NCBI GenBank assembly: GCA_951406725.2
Contig: OX597819.1
Location: forward strand, 75,640,001 to 75,704,000
From: Octopus vulgaris
Taxonomy: Eukaryota
Length of the DNA: 64,000 nt
Direction of reading: 5' to 3'
The notes under the pieces were generated by a model, which ran no database searches, was not told where the DNA came from, and saw only the letters and a program-made list of their open reading frames with translations. The position numbers and the translations under genes are program-made. Below, piece by piece: positions 42,903 through 56,740 of the stretch (positions are counted from its first letter, which is position 1; the number at the start of each line of letters is the position of its first letter).

Positions 42903-44414
42903 TGAGCTCTTACAAAACCATTGCAGCTTCTTTTCCAGAGCTTCCTTGCAAGTGGTAAACTCCCAGACAAACTGAAGAAAGGGAGAATGTGCCCTGTCCA
43001 TAAGGGAAGAAGCAGAGAAGATGCTAAAAATTATAGACCTATCTCTCTGACCTTACACATCAGTAAAGTCTTGGAAAAATATTCTGCAAGAAACTAATCA
43101 CGTTCCTAGAAGAAAATGACTTGCTGACTGACACCCAGCAACACACAGCTCCTGCAACACTATGACTCGGTGTTAAAACAGCTGCTGAATGACTCGAGCG
43201 TAGATGTGATATATGTTGACTTTGCAAAAGCCTTTGGTAAAATTGACCATGGTATGATATGTCACAAACTATACGATTTCGGCATATGCGGAAAACTTGG
43301 AGAATGGCTGCACAACTCTCTAAAGGATAGACGTCAGGCAGTAGTGGCCAATGGAGCCATCACCAAGGAAACACAAATAGCAAGCGGCGTTCTACAGGGC
43401 ACTCTCTTGGGGGCACTGCTGTTCATAGTGGCCCTCTCAGACATGCCCCCGGCTGCTCAGATAGCCACCTTGCTAGCTATCCAGATGACACAAAAGTCTC
43501 TCAGACAATACAAAATATTGCACATCTTCAATGGGAGTTGGACGCAATATACAGGTGGGCTGATGGCAACAACATGCAGTTTAATGCAGGAAAATTCCAG
43601 ACCCTACGCTACCAGCACACGAAGCTAAACGACATGCTGATAGGTTATACTGGCTCAAGAGGAATAGAAATCCCAAATCAAAATCAGTGCGTGACCTGGG
43701 CATTGACATTATCAATAATGTATCTTTCCAAGTGCATATTACCAATTTGGTAAAATGCTGGTTGGCTGGATCCTCCGAACTTTGAAAACAAGAAAAAAGA
43801 AGACATTGATGATCCTTTGGAGGACATACGTTCTGAGCCTCTTAGACTATTGCTCCCAACTGTGGTCACCACGGCGGAACTCGAAACAATCCAACGAAGT
43901 TGCACTAAGAAAATCGTCGTGAAGCAACTTATCAGTTTCTGGGAAATACTAAAAGAATTAAAACTCCTCTCCTTGGAACGAAGGCGGGAGAGATATGCAG
44001 TGATATACATCTGGAAAATCCTAGAAGGCTTTGTACCAAATTTTGGCATTGAAAGTTACTCAAACTGAAGAACGGGGCACCACTGCATAGAGCTAAAGAT
44101 CCCAGCATCGCCATCAAAATACAGGACCAGATACTTCAAAAGCTTGGGTTTCAAGGGCCCACAGCTCTTTAATATCCTTCCAAAATGCCTGAGAGACCAG
44201 CATGGTGTGGATATAGGGGTCTTCAAAACAATACTGGATCTATTCCTATTACGGGTTCCAGACGAGCCAACCTCACGGCAGGAAATACAAATGAGGGCAG
44301 CAGCATCAAACTCTCTCAAGGACAAAATGTCCCATATCAGAGGAGGTTTCAAATAACGGTGTAGCTCAGTCAACGGTGGTGCTCCAGTGTGACCGCAGCT
44401 TTGCAGCTGAAACA

Positions 44415-44416
<2 letters not shown>
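42901..44416 (+). mobile_element. CR1/L2-group LINE, 5'-truncated RT + 3' end, decayed
   Basis: NYRPISLT, VDVIYVDFAKAF, SGVLQGTLLGALLF, YPDDTK, WADGNNMQFN, LSLERRRERY; 3'UTR ends gctgaaacattt then (TA)n. Confidence 0.9.
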
Positions 44417-44485
<69 letters not shown>

Positions 44486-44609
44486 CATACATACATGCAT
44501 ACACACAGACATATCTCATATAATAATATTCGTCCACTTATTCCCGGGATGGTCGTGGGTGTAGAGTCCTCAAGCACGCATTTCATCAGATCTCCAATTG
44601 ATCCTCTCA

Positions 44610-44885
44610 AGGAAGCCTGCAGAATGCACTGTACATGAGTGGAGTTCCACTGAAGCAGGTGGAGAAGTTCAAATATCTCGGCAATGGAAAGCAGGTGGAT
44701 GAATTAAGTGTAAGTATTACAGAGGCTGGTGCAGTAATGTGCGCCAGTTACATCATTCGGTCATCAGAACGAGCGGAGTACCTGTAAAAGCCAAACTTGC
44801 TAACTTCAATTCAGTGTTCGTGCCTATCCTTTCCTACAGTCATTAATCTTTGGTAATGAGCGAAAGAATACGATCGCGAAAGCAT
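44610..44885 (+). mobile_element. RTE-like LINE fragment (post-RT)
   Basis: GVPLKQVEKFKYLG..KAKLANFNSVFVPILSYSH*SLVMSERIRSR. Confidence 0.7.
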
Positions 44886-44903
44886 ATACTTACATGGACA
44901 CAC

Positions 44904-44951
<48 letters not shown>

Positions 44952-45551
44952 ACATCTGCATTCCTAGAACCAGTGGTCTGGGTATGGTCTTAAACTGCAT
45001 CCAGCGGTAGGAGCCTTCGTTCAGGAAATCCAGGATTTTGAGGAGTGTGGACTCGGCAGACTCCGCAGAAGAAACCTTCATGGTTCAGCGGAGTAGCAGG
45101 TGGCTGCAGCCACGCATTGTGATGTGCAGGGGGCAAAATGAGCCAAAGTAAGACATCTTGGTCATCCGCTGCATCCGTCTACATTTCCAATCGTTTTGAC
45201 CTGGTCTTGCCACTAGATTAATGATGGTCCTGGACAGATTGATCACTGAAATTATAAACAAAGCCAATGGTACCTTTGGCCGACGGGATTTCTGGCTGAC
45301 GGGACTTCTGGCCATCTGGGTACTTCTGGCAGACGGGACACGACACCGCGAAACATTTACGTCCCAGAATCCCTTGCATCACTGAGCCGAGTGTAATGAA
45401 AACAATGTCGTCATAAAAGAGGGAAGTTGTTGTCTTGTAATATGCACTACCATATTGACGTTTGAATCTGCTAGAACGTATTAAGAATAAATATGTAAAT
45501 TATCGTTTCTGATCTCGCCGTAAACATTGCAAATAATGGTTCTCTATACAC

Positions 45552-45615
<64 letters not shown>

Positions 45616-46031
45616 ACACGCACACACACGTGCACACACGCACACACGCACACACACACACACAGACACAGACACACACAACTCTGACATCTCAAATTAA
45701 TGTGCAATGTAAACACCACACATGTGTATTTAACTTCAGCACATGTTAAGTAACGGTCGCATATACTATGCACCACATATATATAATAGCCACTTCCAAC
45801 GATGATATATTTGTAAACTAAACGTAGTGAAATTGTTGCTGTATTCAAGACGTGTTTGCTGACCATAAAATCAAAACCTTCTTCAATTAATTCACTCTTT
45901 GATAATATTTCGATTGAAAGAGATAGCTTACTATTAATCAAATATACACATATTTATAAAGGAGAGCGAGAAGGAAGGGAGTGGGTGAAGAGAGGGAGAG
46001 AGAGAGAGAGACAGAGGGGGATTGAGTGAGG

Positions 46032-46062
<31 letters not shown>

Positions 46063-46131
46063 GAAAGAGAGAAAGGAAGTTAGCAAATATAGGCGTCTAA
46101 TGATTAAAATGTTACTTTCGAATGGGCAGAT

Positions 46132-46186
<55 letters not shown>

Positions 46187-46367
46187 AGTGGTGTTGTGGT
46201 TACGGTGGTGGTAGCTAACATTGTCTTCGTCGTTCTCGTAAGTTGTAAATATTTTCATACGACTGCCAGTTGGTGGTAATGACGAAGATAGCGACAACTA
46301 CGAGATCAACAACGACGACGATAATAATGAGGACGATATATATATATTTTAAAATTCTTTTAATCTT

Positions 46368-46775
46368 TCTTTTTATTTGCTTCAGTCATTTGATTGCGGC
46401 CATGCTGGAGCACCGCCTTTAGTCGAACAAATCGACTCTAGAATTTATTCTTTTGTAAGCCTAGTACTTATTCTATCGGTCCCTTTTGCCGAACCGCTAG
46501 TTACGGGACGTAAACACACCAGCGTCTGTTGTCAAGTGATGGTGTGGAGGGTGACAAACACAGACACACAAATATACACACACACAGACACACACATACA
46601 CACATATATACGACGGGCTTCTTTCAATTTCTGTCTACCAAATCCACTAACAAGGCTTTGGTCGGCCCGTGGCTATAGTAGAAGACATCTGCCCAAGGTG
46701 CCACGCAGTGGGACTGAACCTGGAACCGTGAGGTTGGGAAGCAAGCATCTTACCACACAGTCACTCCTGCGCCTA
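46368..46775 (-). mobile_element. SINE family S2, full length
   Basis: Reverse complement colinear with 12308-12693. Confidence 0.9.
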
Positions 46776-47232
46776 TATCTTCACAGCCACTGCTGCACCT
46801 ATGTGTGTGTGTGTGTGTATACCAATATATATATATTTATATATATATATATATATATTCGCTTCAGGAGTCTCTCAGCGCGCCAGAACCAAGACATTTG
46901 AAATTTTATTCCCGATGTAATCAGTAAGACTAAGCACGTGTCTGTCTTGACACAGAGAGCTGGGGTTAGTCTTGCGGTTTGCATCTCGAGGACCGAATGT
47001 ACTGATGAAGTCACGGACACTTGAATTATGCAAGTAATTCTTTTGTTAAGACCGAAACCGAGGTATGCATTTAAGTCTGTTATTTATTTAATTTTTCATA
47101 TGTCCTGCCCGCCAAAGTTGGTTCTGGTGTTCGCTGAATTCTTCCTCTAGAGAATTTCCCTTGTAGTTTGATCGTTGATGATCTTCTTCTAGCATTCTGG
47201 CCGGCTACCTAGCAGGCCAGCCCTGCCAATAT

Positions 47233-47290
<58 letters not shown>

Positions 47291-47319
47291 ATATATGTGT
47301 GTGTGTGTGTATACATACA

Positions 47320-47530
47320 TACGTGCTTCTCGGACAATTCTTTTCCTTCTCTTTCGACTTCTTCCTTTGCCCTCTTTCTGACGAAGAGCCATGCACGAAA
47401 CGTCTCACCGTGTCGTTTTTTTACTAACTTAAACTTTCTTTGAGCGCCAATCTAACATATTAATAATGTACGACCTTTTGACTTTTGTTGCTTTTTCTGT
47501 TTTTGTTTTTATAATTTTGATTTGCCTCCA
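47320..47530 (+). mobile_element. Solo pLTR-like repeat with decayed minimal hammerhead (47375-47408)
   Basis: CTGACGA-a-gagc-cat-gcac-GAAA-cg-TC then tgagcgcc; resembles the pLTR at 38627-38800; ends in (TA)n; stem I broken. Confidence 0.6.
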
Positions 47531-47557
47531 TATATATATATATATATATATATTTTG

Positions 47558-47590
<33 letters not shown>

Positions 47591-47594
<4 letters not shown>

Positions 47595-47680
47595 TTTATG
47601 AGACAAAATTACCCTCAATCAACTCAATGTCGTTCAATGATGATTGAGTTGCTTGAGGGTGATTCTGTCTCTTAAACCTA
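47591..47680. repeat. ~38 bp-arm inverted repeat in (TA)n
   Basis: taggtttatgagacaaaattaccctcaatcaactcaat / attgagttgcttgagggtgattctgtctcttaaaccta. Confidence 0.85.
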
Positions 47681-47875
47681 TCTATCTATATGTATATAAT
47701 ACAGTGAGTAATTCCTTTTAGTACCACTAAATTGAACTTCTCTCCCCTATGAACTCGGAAATAACTTCCCTAATATTAATATATGTATATATAAATATAT
47801 AAACATATACATATATATATATATGAATGTGTGTGTATGTGTGTGTGTATGCGTGTGTATGTGTATGTATATGTA

Positions 47876-47947
<72 letters not shown>

Positions 47948-47989
47948 TGTATGTATGTATGTATATGTGTGTGTGTGTGCGCATGCGGT

Positions 47990-48200
47990 TTTTGTATTTG
48001 TTTCTGTCATCCCACTCCACTTGACATCCGCTATTTTGTTTACGGCTCGAAACTTAGCGGCTCGACAAAGAAAGACCGAAAAAACAAGTACCGGGCTTTG
48101 AATAAAATATAAGTACTAGGATCGATTTGTTTGGCTAAAATCTCTTCAAGTCGGTGTCCCCCAAATGGCTGTTGTCCAATGACTGAAACAAACGAAGATA
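47990..48200 (+). mobile_element. SINE family S2, 3' half, degenerate
   Basis: aacttagcggctcgacaaagaaagaccga..aatgactgaaacaa. Confidence 0.7.
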
Positions 48201-48532
48201 GAAATTTAAATAAATAAATAGAAGGAAAAGAAAAAGCTGAACATGTGACTAATGATAGACTTACGTAGTTAATGCCGTTTTGGGGGCGAAACAAGAACAT
48301 TATGAAATTGTCCTATTTATAAGTTTAGAGGTTTAGCGAGGCATCGACATGTACTCGTCTTTAGTATGGATGTATGGAAGCAGCGAACGACTGATAAAAA
48401 TATAACTAGACTGAAGAGTCAAGTAGGGATAGTATTTCGTGACAGTAAAAATAACTTGAAAAATATGTGCCTCTATGTATGTGCGTGTCTATATATGAGT
48501 ATATATAGTTATATGTATGCATTGTATGCATG

Positions 48533-48623
<91 letters not shown>

Positions 48624-49199
48624 CATAACAAATAATTTGTATATATAAATACACGTACGCCGTATACACACAAATACACAAACTTACGTGTGTGCGTGTG
48701 TTTGTGTGTATGAACGTAGGTGTTTCTGTGTATGTGTGCATGTGTGTGCTGGTAAGAGAGTTACAAATAGACGAATGAAAACACAACACTTATATTGAAT
48801 GCAGATATTCTTAGCTAAGCATTAATATCACATAGTCACTCCTACTCATATATATAAGGAGAAAGACGACGACTGATCGTCGTTAGATTAATTTCGTGTC
48901 TCGGTGTAAAATAATCTATTACTCTACGTCTCTTTATAACATAGGTATTTCAAACATACTTTCTTAAGTGCACCTGAACAGTCCCAACTTATGATGTGAA
49001 CAGATAGTTAGATAAGAAAGTTTCCCTCATGGTAACTACCGCAGTATAGTTTGTTCTAAGAGAACATCTACGTTTAAATGGGGATAAATATTATCCCTCA
49101 GATAAGGTAGATAGATATCTCTGACAAACCACGACGTCTGCTACAAACTGACACAGCATATTTCAACGTTTCGACAAAAAGACGATGGTGATGATGATG

Positions 49200-49265
<66 letters not shown>

Positions 49266-49363
49266 GTAACCATCAGAGCAGCACAACAAATTACAGCACA
49301 TACCCAAGGCACACAGAGCTGCGCTCGGTAGTGAAGTGAAAGCACACTATAAAAATAAAACTA

Positions 49364-49367
<4 letters not shown>
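49266..49367 (+). mobile_element. R4/Dong family B 3'UTR-only insertion in (TAA)n
   Basis: Nearly identical to 20326-20432. Confidence 0.9.
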
Positions 49368-49422
<55 letters not shown>

Positions 49423-49445
49423 TAATAATAATAATAATAATAATA

Positions 49446-49489
<44 letters not shown>

Positions 49490-49517
49490 AATGATGATAA
49501 TGATGATAATGATGACA

Positions 49518-49552
<35 letters not shown>

Positions 49553-49565
49553 AATGATGGTGATG

Positions 49566-49730
49566 ATTTCAAATTTTGGCACAGGAACAATAATTTCGGG
49601 GGAGAGTGTGACTCGATTACATCGACCACGGTACTCAACTGGTACTAATTTTATCAAACCGAAAGGGTGATAGGTAAAGTCGACCGGAATTTGAGCACAG
49701 AATGTGAAAACGGACGAAATGCCACAAGAA
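49566..49730 (-). mobile_element. SINE family S1, partial
   Basis: gattacatcgacc..ggtactaattttatc..aaagtcgaccggaatttga. Confidence 0.7.
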
Positions 49731-50074
49731 TGGTCGGAATGAATTCTAAGCACGCGCCTGGAGACTAAAGGAAGATGATCTTTAAGAGGGCACTTACCCT
49801 AGTGCTGAGGGTGACCGTGATTTTGTGTGCTCCCCACAAGGAGCCTTAGGAAGTCTCTCACTGGGGAATTTTTCATTGTTAGAATTTATAGTGTTACAAA
49901 TTTTAAAAACATTTTATATTTCTCTTGTTATTTTTGAATCATTATTGGTTAATAAAGAAAGCGTTCTTCTTCTTCTTCTTCTTCTTCTTCTTCTTCTTCT
50001 TCTTCTTCTTCTTCTTCTTCTTCTTCTTCTTCTTCTTCTTCTTCTTCTTCTTCTTCTTCTCATTGTTATTATTA

Positions 50075-50294
50075 GGACGGTAAGCTGGGAGATTAGTTAC
50101 TGCGCCGGACAAAACGGCATTTCCTTACCGTACCGGGCTTTGCGGCATTTCGCATGTCTTTGCATTCTGAGTTCAAATGCCGCGGAGGTTGACTTTATCG
50201 CCGATGTACTTATAGATATAGTAAGTACCAGTTAAGTAAGCACTGGCATTGATGTAATCGATTATCTCCTTCCCCATCTTGTGCCTATAGTAGA

Positions 50295-50296
<2 letters not shown>
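50075..50296 (+). mobile_element. SINE family S1, degenerate
   Basis: ttctgagttcaaatgccgcggaggttgacttt..gtaccagtt..gatgtaatcga. Confidence 0.65.
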
Positions 50297-50357
<61 letters not shown>

Positions 50358-50394
50358 AATATTAATGATGATGATGATGATGATGATGATGTTG

Positions 50395-50429
<35 letters not shown>

Positions 50430-50627
50430 TATTATTATTATTATTGGTTTGAAAATTCAGCACAATGCCAGCAATTTTAGTCGAAGGCCTAACTGGTCCT
50501 TTTTTGTTAACCCCCGAAAGCTCTGCCTTCAAATGTCACCGAGGTTACTTGGCACTTCATCCTTTCGGCGTCGATAAAATCAGGACCTGTTGAAACTATT
50601 ATTGTTATTATTATTATTGTCATTGTT

Positions 50628-50832
50628 GTTAAGGCAGAATCGTTAGCATGCTGGAGGAAATACGTAGCGGTACTACGCCCGTCGCTACGTTCTGAGTTCA
50701 AATTTCGCCGAGGTCGTCTTTGCCTTTAATCCTTTCGAGGTCGATAAAATAAATACCAGTTAAACACTGGGATCAATGTAATCGACTCATCCCCACCTCC
50801 CCCAAGCTTCCCCTGTGACAAAAATTTGAAAT
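50628..50832 (+). mobile_element. SINE family S1
   Basis: gcagaatcgttagca..gttctgagttcaaatttcgccgaggtc..cctttcgaggtcgataaa. Confidence 0.8.
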
Positions 50833-50914
50833 AATAATTATCATTGTTGTTCTTGTTGTTACTGTTGTTGTCGTTGTTGATGTTATTATACAAAAGTTGT
50901 TACATGTTAATTTA

Positions 50915-51300
50915 ATTAGCAGAATTGTTATCCTGGGGTTTGGTGGCAACAAGTCTCCTCAAACCTGAAGTATGCTGCGTAGCACTTTTCTGCAAGTCGG
51001 CAATACTTTAGAATCTTAATTTGGGTGTCGTCCCGAGAGCACCAATTATCATAAGAACAATTTTGACCCTTGTGTCCCACAACCTCTTCAACACTGTGGC
51101 TTGGTTCTGATATTTCTCAATTTCTTTAGTTTCTTTGATATTCGTACTATCATAGGTGATTATAAAATCAACGATTTTGCATTATTTGTTTTTCTGTCCT
51201 CTACAATCATATCTAATCTGTTTGCTTCCTTAGTTTCATCAATCCCTATGGAGAAACCCCATGTAATTATCTTGAGAACTATCATTCGCAATCATAGTTT
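50915..51300 (-). mobile_element. Old R4/Dong RLE-domain fragment
   Basis: EANRLDMIVED..KIVLMIIGALGTTPK..DLQKSA. Confidence 0.65.
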
Positions 51301-51431
51301 TATAGCTCGTGTTCATACCATTAATCTGGCAAACATCCCAACGTACTCTTTTATCGAGACAGTCGTATTTGCTCTTATACTCCTTTTTATTAGCTTACTG
51401 CAATCACTTAAGAGATTATTATTATTATTAT

Positions 51432-51698
51432 TGTTTTTTTTTTTTTCTTCTTCTTTCAAATTTGCTTCCATTTCTTGCCGAGTGTCTTCCCGACTCCTAG
51501 GGCAAAGAAACTCATAGTATACATTGGTAGGCCATTAAACCAAACTCAATAGTTCGTTCATTTTTTTTTTTTAAGGTTAAATTAAAATACATGGGCAGTA
51601 ACAGCTCTCACAGCGACAATGCTATTCTCAATACGTGTGATGTACCAGTTAAGACAATCTTTTGCACTTCTTGCAGGGATGGTAAGCCAGGGATCATT

Positions 51699-51700
<2 letters not shown>
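51432..51700 (-). mobile_element. R4/Dong 3' end, family D, in (TAA)n
   Basis: MIPGLPSLQEVQKIVLTGTSHVLRIALSL* plus 3'UTR between TAA arrays. Confidence 0.85.
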
Positions 51701-51771
<71 letters not shown>

Positions 51772-51773
<2 letters not shown>

Positions 51774-53598
51774 TCTTTTTAGCATATGCTTTGTTGGAAC
51801 TCCCAGAGTCTTGCATGCGTAGCGGGCATGCTACCTGCAGCCTACGGTACCATGCTCTCTGTTCTTTTCAGTCATCTTATACTTCCCTGATTAATCTGGC
51901 CGTGTCAAGGAGGCAGCTTTTTTTAACAGTTCTACTGGGCACTCTATTCCAATTTCCTTTATATTCTTCTTGATGCCTTCTGATACTGTTCCCAAGCACC
52001 TAACAATAATTGGCACTATTTTCACCTTTTTCATTTTCCATAGCCGGGCTATTTCGTGCTTAAGAGGGTTGTATTTGTATTTTTTCGCATTCCTTCTTGA
52101 CTCTTCGAAGGTCAAAGGAACATGCAACGTCAACTATATAGCATGTGTAATGCACCTTGTCCACCACCTCTAGGTCAGGTCTGTTAACTTTTAGCACCTG
52201 ACCTGTTTGGATTGGGAAATCCAAGAGGATTTTGTTAGTCTCCGACTCCACCATTCTCTACGTTTTGTGCTCATATCACGTCATGCTTCTCTCTATCCCC
52301 CACTTTTTGCACAGCTTCCATTGTAGCACTTTCGCTATTTGATCGTGTCGCCACAACTTGTTGTGGGTTGGGGCAGGTCTAGGGCATTCGTTTGTGATAT
52401 GGGCAATGGTTTCATCCACTCTATTACAGATGCGACACAGCGGAGACAATTGCTCATTCCAAAGGCTGACTCTCCAGTTCATGGCCAAAGCTTGGTCTTG
52501 TGTTGCCAGTATAGTGCTCCCGGTTTCTTTTTTTAGTGCTCCTTTCTTCAGCCAATCCCCTTATTTTCTCAGCAACTTCAGTTGTGGCTCCATGGAATTG
52601 ATTGGGTAGTCCCTTGTGCAATTTTTCTTCATGTCCTTTTTGTACTCCTTCCTTTGTTTTTTCTTTTTCCTTTGCTTTCAATATTCTCTCGTTGCTAACT
52701 GACACTAGCAAGGTTTCCTTACTTTAGGCTAGGCATCTCATTAAGCTCTCGAGTTCGATACGCTCGCAGTTTTCCACACTTATCCCCTTCAATCATTTTC
52801 TCTCTTCGTGTATAGGCGATCAGTGTCTGCACGTGAGTGATGGGCTCCATGCATCATTAGGAGATTTCTTGACTTACTTTCGATCTTCTTTAGCTCCTCC
52901 TCTGTCCACTTCAGGATTCCAGCGCCATACTAAACTACTGCAACTGCACACGAGTTTATTGCCGAAATTATGTTTTGGGCATTCAGCTTTGAAGCCAGTA
53001 TTTTCTCACTCGCCGCAGTTACTCTCTTCTTATTTTTTTCTTCATGTTGTTGTGTTTAATTCCATCTGCCTCAAGTATCCCCAGGTATTTATAGCTGGAT
53101 TGAGGTTGAACAATCTTCATCATTTCACCAATAGCCAAACCTATGCCTTCACTCCTGACAAGCTTTCTTCGTCTCATCACCATCGTAGCACAGTTTGGGA
53201 GCTTAAACTCCATCTTAATATCATTGGAAAAGATCTGCACAGACTGGACTAGGCTCTCCAGTTCTGCCTCACTTTTTGTGAATATCTTCAAGTCGTCCAT
53301 GAATAGCAAGTGGTTCAGTTTTCCCTTACCTCTTCCTAGATAATACCCCAACTTTGTTTTCTGTAATATTTCACTCAACGGGATTATTCTCAGCACAGGG
53401 ATCATTGGGGACACACTGTCCCCATGGAAGATTTCTCTCTTCGTTTTTACCTCTCTTGATACTTGATTCCGTACTGTCAATTCCGTCCTCCACCATTTCA
53501 TACTGTTCGATATAAGGCTTCTCATGTTTTCTGCTACTCCATACATTTCCAGTGTTCTTATTGTCCAGGAGTTTGGTATCATATCGTACACTTTTCGA
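51772..53598 (-). mobile_element. R4/Dong LINE family E, RT to RLE, decayed
   Basis: IFHGDSVSP, HLLFMDDLK, YKYLG, CRIC..HITNEC..RHD, NRPDL, IVPIIVRCLG; ends at a TAA array. Confidence 0.9.
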
Positions 53599-53600
53599 TA

Positions 53601-54289
53601 TTATTATATGCTTGGATTTTGCTTTGTATTTGTAAAAGTTGACTTCAAGTCTCACCCAGAGACTTCAAAAGACAAGTTAGAAGTTCAAGTTGGTATTATG
53701 ACTAGGGTGTCATATATTTCGTTTTGCACAGAGTGTTGTTCTAGAGAATGTCTGTCAAGAAAACAAAAACCATGGGTAAATTAGAAGTTTGTTTTATAAG
53801 TAATTTGGTAAGATGGTAGTCTAATGTTAAGATGACAGTAAAAGGTGTTTGCTGTTAAGTACATTTAAAAGTAATTTGACACTGTTTACGGATTAAAATA
53901 TTTCGAAGATTACATAGACAGTATTTTACATAGGATATGGGCAGTTCCTATGAGCACTATTTTTTGAATTTCTTCTATTTTTGGATTTCCTAGTATCTGA
54001 TCTAGGTGGGAATCAGCTCCTTTTGCTATAATTCCAAGGGCACCTATGACAACAGGTATTGTTTTAGCCTTGAGCTTCCACATTTTGCCAATTTTTATTT
54101 CAAGATCTCACTCAGTTTTTGGTAGGTCTTAACATATACATTTAAATCGATTGGGACAGTCATACCGACGAGGAGGCATGATTTTTGTCTCAAGTCATTC
54201 AGTATAATGTCTGACTTATTAGCATTTATCTTTCTGTCAGTTTGAACTGTGAAATTCCAAAGGAGTGAGATGTGGTCATTTTCAAGCAC
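53601..54289 (-). mobile_element. R4/Dong family A-related 3' fragment
   Basis: LENDHISLLWNFTVQTDRKINANKSDII..; homologous to 61573-62189. Confidence 0.9.
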
Positions 54290-54465
<176 letters not shown>

Positions 54466-54467
54466 TA

Positions 54468-55040
54468 AAAGGTCTGTGTGGCTTGGGTATGTGCTGTGGT
54501 TGTTGTGATGTTCTTATTTTTATTGTATTGAAAGGGTTTTACGTAGGATGTGTGCGGTGCCTAGTAGTGCTATTTTCTCTATGCAATATATACTTGTTAG
54601 TCCTGGTGTTTTTGTTATGTATTTGTCTGAATATGTTTTTATCATACCCAATGTAGCCACTATGATAGAAATTGTTTCTGTTTTTAGATTCTATTTTCAG
54701 GTTTTTATATTTTAAAGGTTTCTCCATTTCTTAAAAAAAAAACATTGTCGTTTGTTGGTATTGATACATCGATTAGAAAGCATTTATTTTCTTGATCTCT
54801 GACAACTATATCTGGCCTATTAGCCTTAATTTCTCTATCTATGTGTATTGGCATATCCCAGAGTATGGTTGTTTTCTCATTTTCTGTGACCTTTTCTGGC
54901 GTGAGCTTATAACATCTTTTTTCTGTTGTTATTCCATTGGGTTGGCATAGCTTCCAGAGTATATAGAACCCAAATCTGTCGAGTCTTTGAATATATTCTT
55001 TCTTAGCCAGGAATGAGCAGCCAGAGACAATATGACTTCC
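54468..55040 (-). mobile_element. R4/Dong family B-related 3' fragment
   Basis: Reverse complement aligns with ~19795-20375 (EKVTENEKTILWDMPIH.DREIKANRPDIV). Confidence 0.85.
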
Positions 55041-55639
55041 CGTTCGTAAACCTTAGGTTTAATAATACGGGTAAGATTTAATTTATTTTTCATTCTTTTG
55101 TGCATAGTGGTTGGGGACGGAGATGGTCTGATATTGATTGGATCGTAGTGTGGCGAGTATGTTTACTCGTGTTTACGGGTGACGGAGATGACACACAGTT
55201 AAAATACATCGTTTCATTCGGAAAATAGAAATAAATTTTAATGAGTATTACTTACTCGGATATAGTCCAACACGTTGTCAGTTATTTTAAGCTTCATTTG
55301 TTGTCTTTATTCCCGATGGTTTTGGATAGATTTCGGAGCAGTTTTATCGCTCTCACTTGTTAAACGTCCCCGTTGTTCTCTCTTATTGTTGTTGTTGTTG
55401 TTGTTGTTCTCCTTCTTCTTCTTCTTCTTCTTCTTCTTCTTCTTCTTCTTCTTCTTCTTCTTCTTCTTCTTCTTCTTCTTCTCCGATTGATTTGCATTTT
55501 ATCACGTCTTCCGACCGGGTCTTAACCAGAGAACTAAGGCGCGTATATATTAGATGAAGAGAAACTGCCAGCTCGCCGCCTTATGGTACTTTACATAATA
55601 TGTGCACAGTATCAAGTTATGTTAACTTGTGAATTTTAT

Positions 55640-56740
55640 GTATATTTGTAAGTCTTTGAATTTGGGTTATGTGTCTGCAAGCAGGGCTTCTTAAACCATT
55701 TCTAAGGCACCAATTATTGCTTCTATTTTCTGTTTACTTTTATGTCGAAACCTTTAATATTTGGCTAATTAATTCATTTCCTTTAGAAATATACAGACGT
55801 CTTATGGGACTGATATAAAGACTATGATGCACTTTCATTTCCAATGGTCCGTGACAACAATATCCGCCAGATTAACTTTGATCTTTCTCTCTGTATGATT
55901 TGGCGTATCTCTGTGTGATTGTTTCGTAATCCTCTGAGACCGCTTCTGTTATAGATTTAAACTTGTTTTTTTCTTATTAGTATTTCATATTGATACTTTA
56001 ACTTCCAGCGAATAAAAGTCTTAACTGTATCATGCCTGTAGTGTATTCGTTTATTACTAAAATTGGGCAACGAGAGACAATGTTTTTAATTGATTCTTTC
56101 CAACCTTCGTATAGTCGGTTATTCTTTAGTGTATTCTTCTATATAACATGATTCTTACGGTATTGATGAGAAGGTTTTAATGTACTCCTGCAATCATGAA
56201 TGCTTATAAACTTTTTCGTTGCTTGCATCCTCTTCAGTCTCTCAGGTACTGACCGTGTAAGAGATTTGTTTGTCATCCTTTCAGCATGGCATTTTGTAGC
56301 CACATATTTGATTAAGATTTTAGCTTTTTAACATTTCCTGTATTTTTTTTTGTTTTTCCTCAGAGCTGCATATAATTTCAGCTTTACTTTGTATTGTTGG
56401 TTTCTTGTAGTAGAAATGCAGATTTTTTATCGCGTTTTGTAACTGTATTAGTTTTCCCTTATTCTTTACTTTATATTTTTAATCCTACAGCAATTCTTTA
56501 AAAGCTTCCTAGTTGCATAACACCAAATTACATTCTTGATAAATATTATCTTTCTATATCAAATGGCGCACTTCTAATGCAGTCATTATTTTTCTTGTGA
56601 TCTGTCTAGTCTGGTTACTTAATTTAGCGTCTAATTTGGAATATCATAACTATTATTCCCGAAACATTTAGAAAATTGATGCCTAGAGCTTCTACTTTTA
56701 CATTTAGTTCTGTTTGAAGTATTTAAGAAATTACACGCAG
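55640..56740 (-). mobile_element. Ancient R4/Dong fragment
   Basis: ILQTELN, RKIMT, KVNLADIVVTD..ISVP..LKEM, IIGAL; heavily decayed. Confidence 0.6.

Noticed and set aside
44955-45345. Possible LINE 5'UTR or host exon
   Set aside because: No recognisable protein motifs and no second copy in the window
46994-47040. CTGATGA hammerhead-like stretch
   Set aside because: GAAA replaced by GAAT, stem I out of register, not TA-bounded
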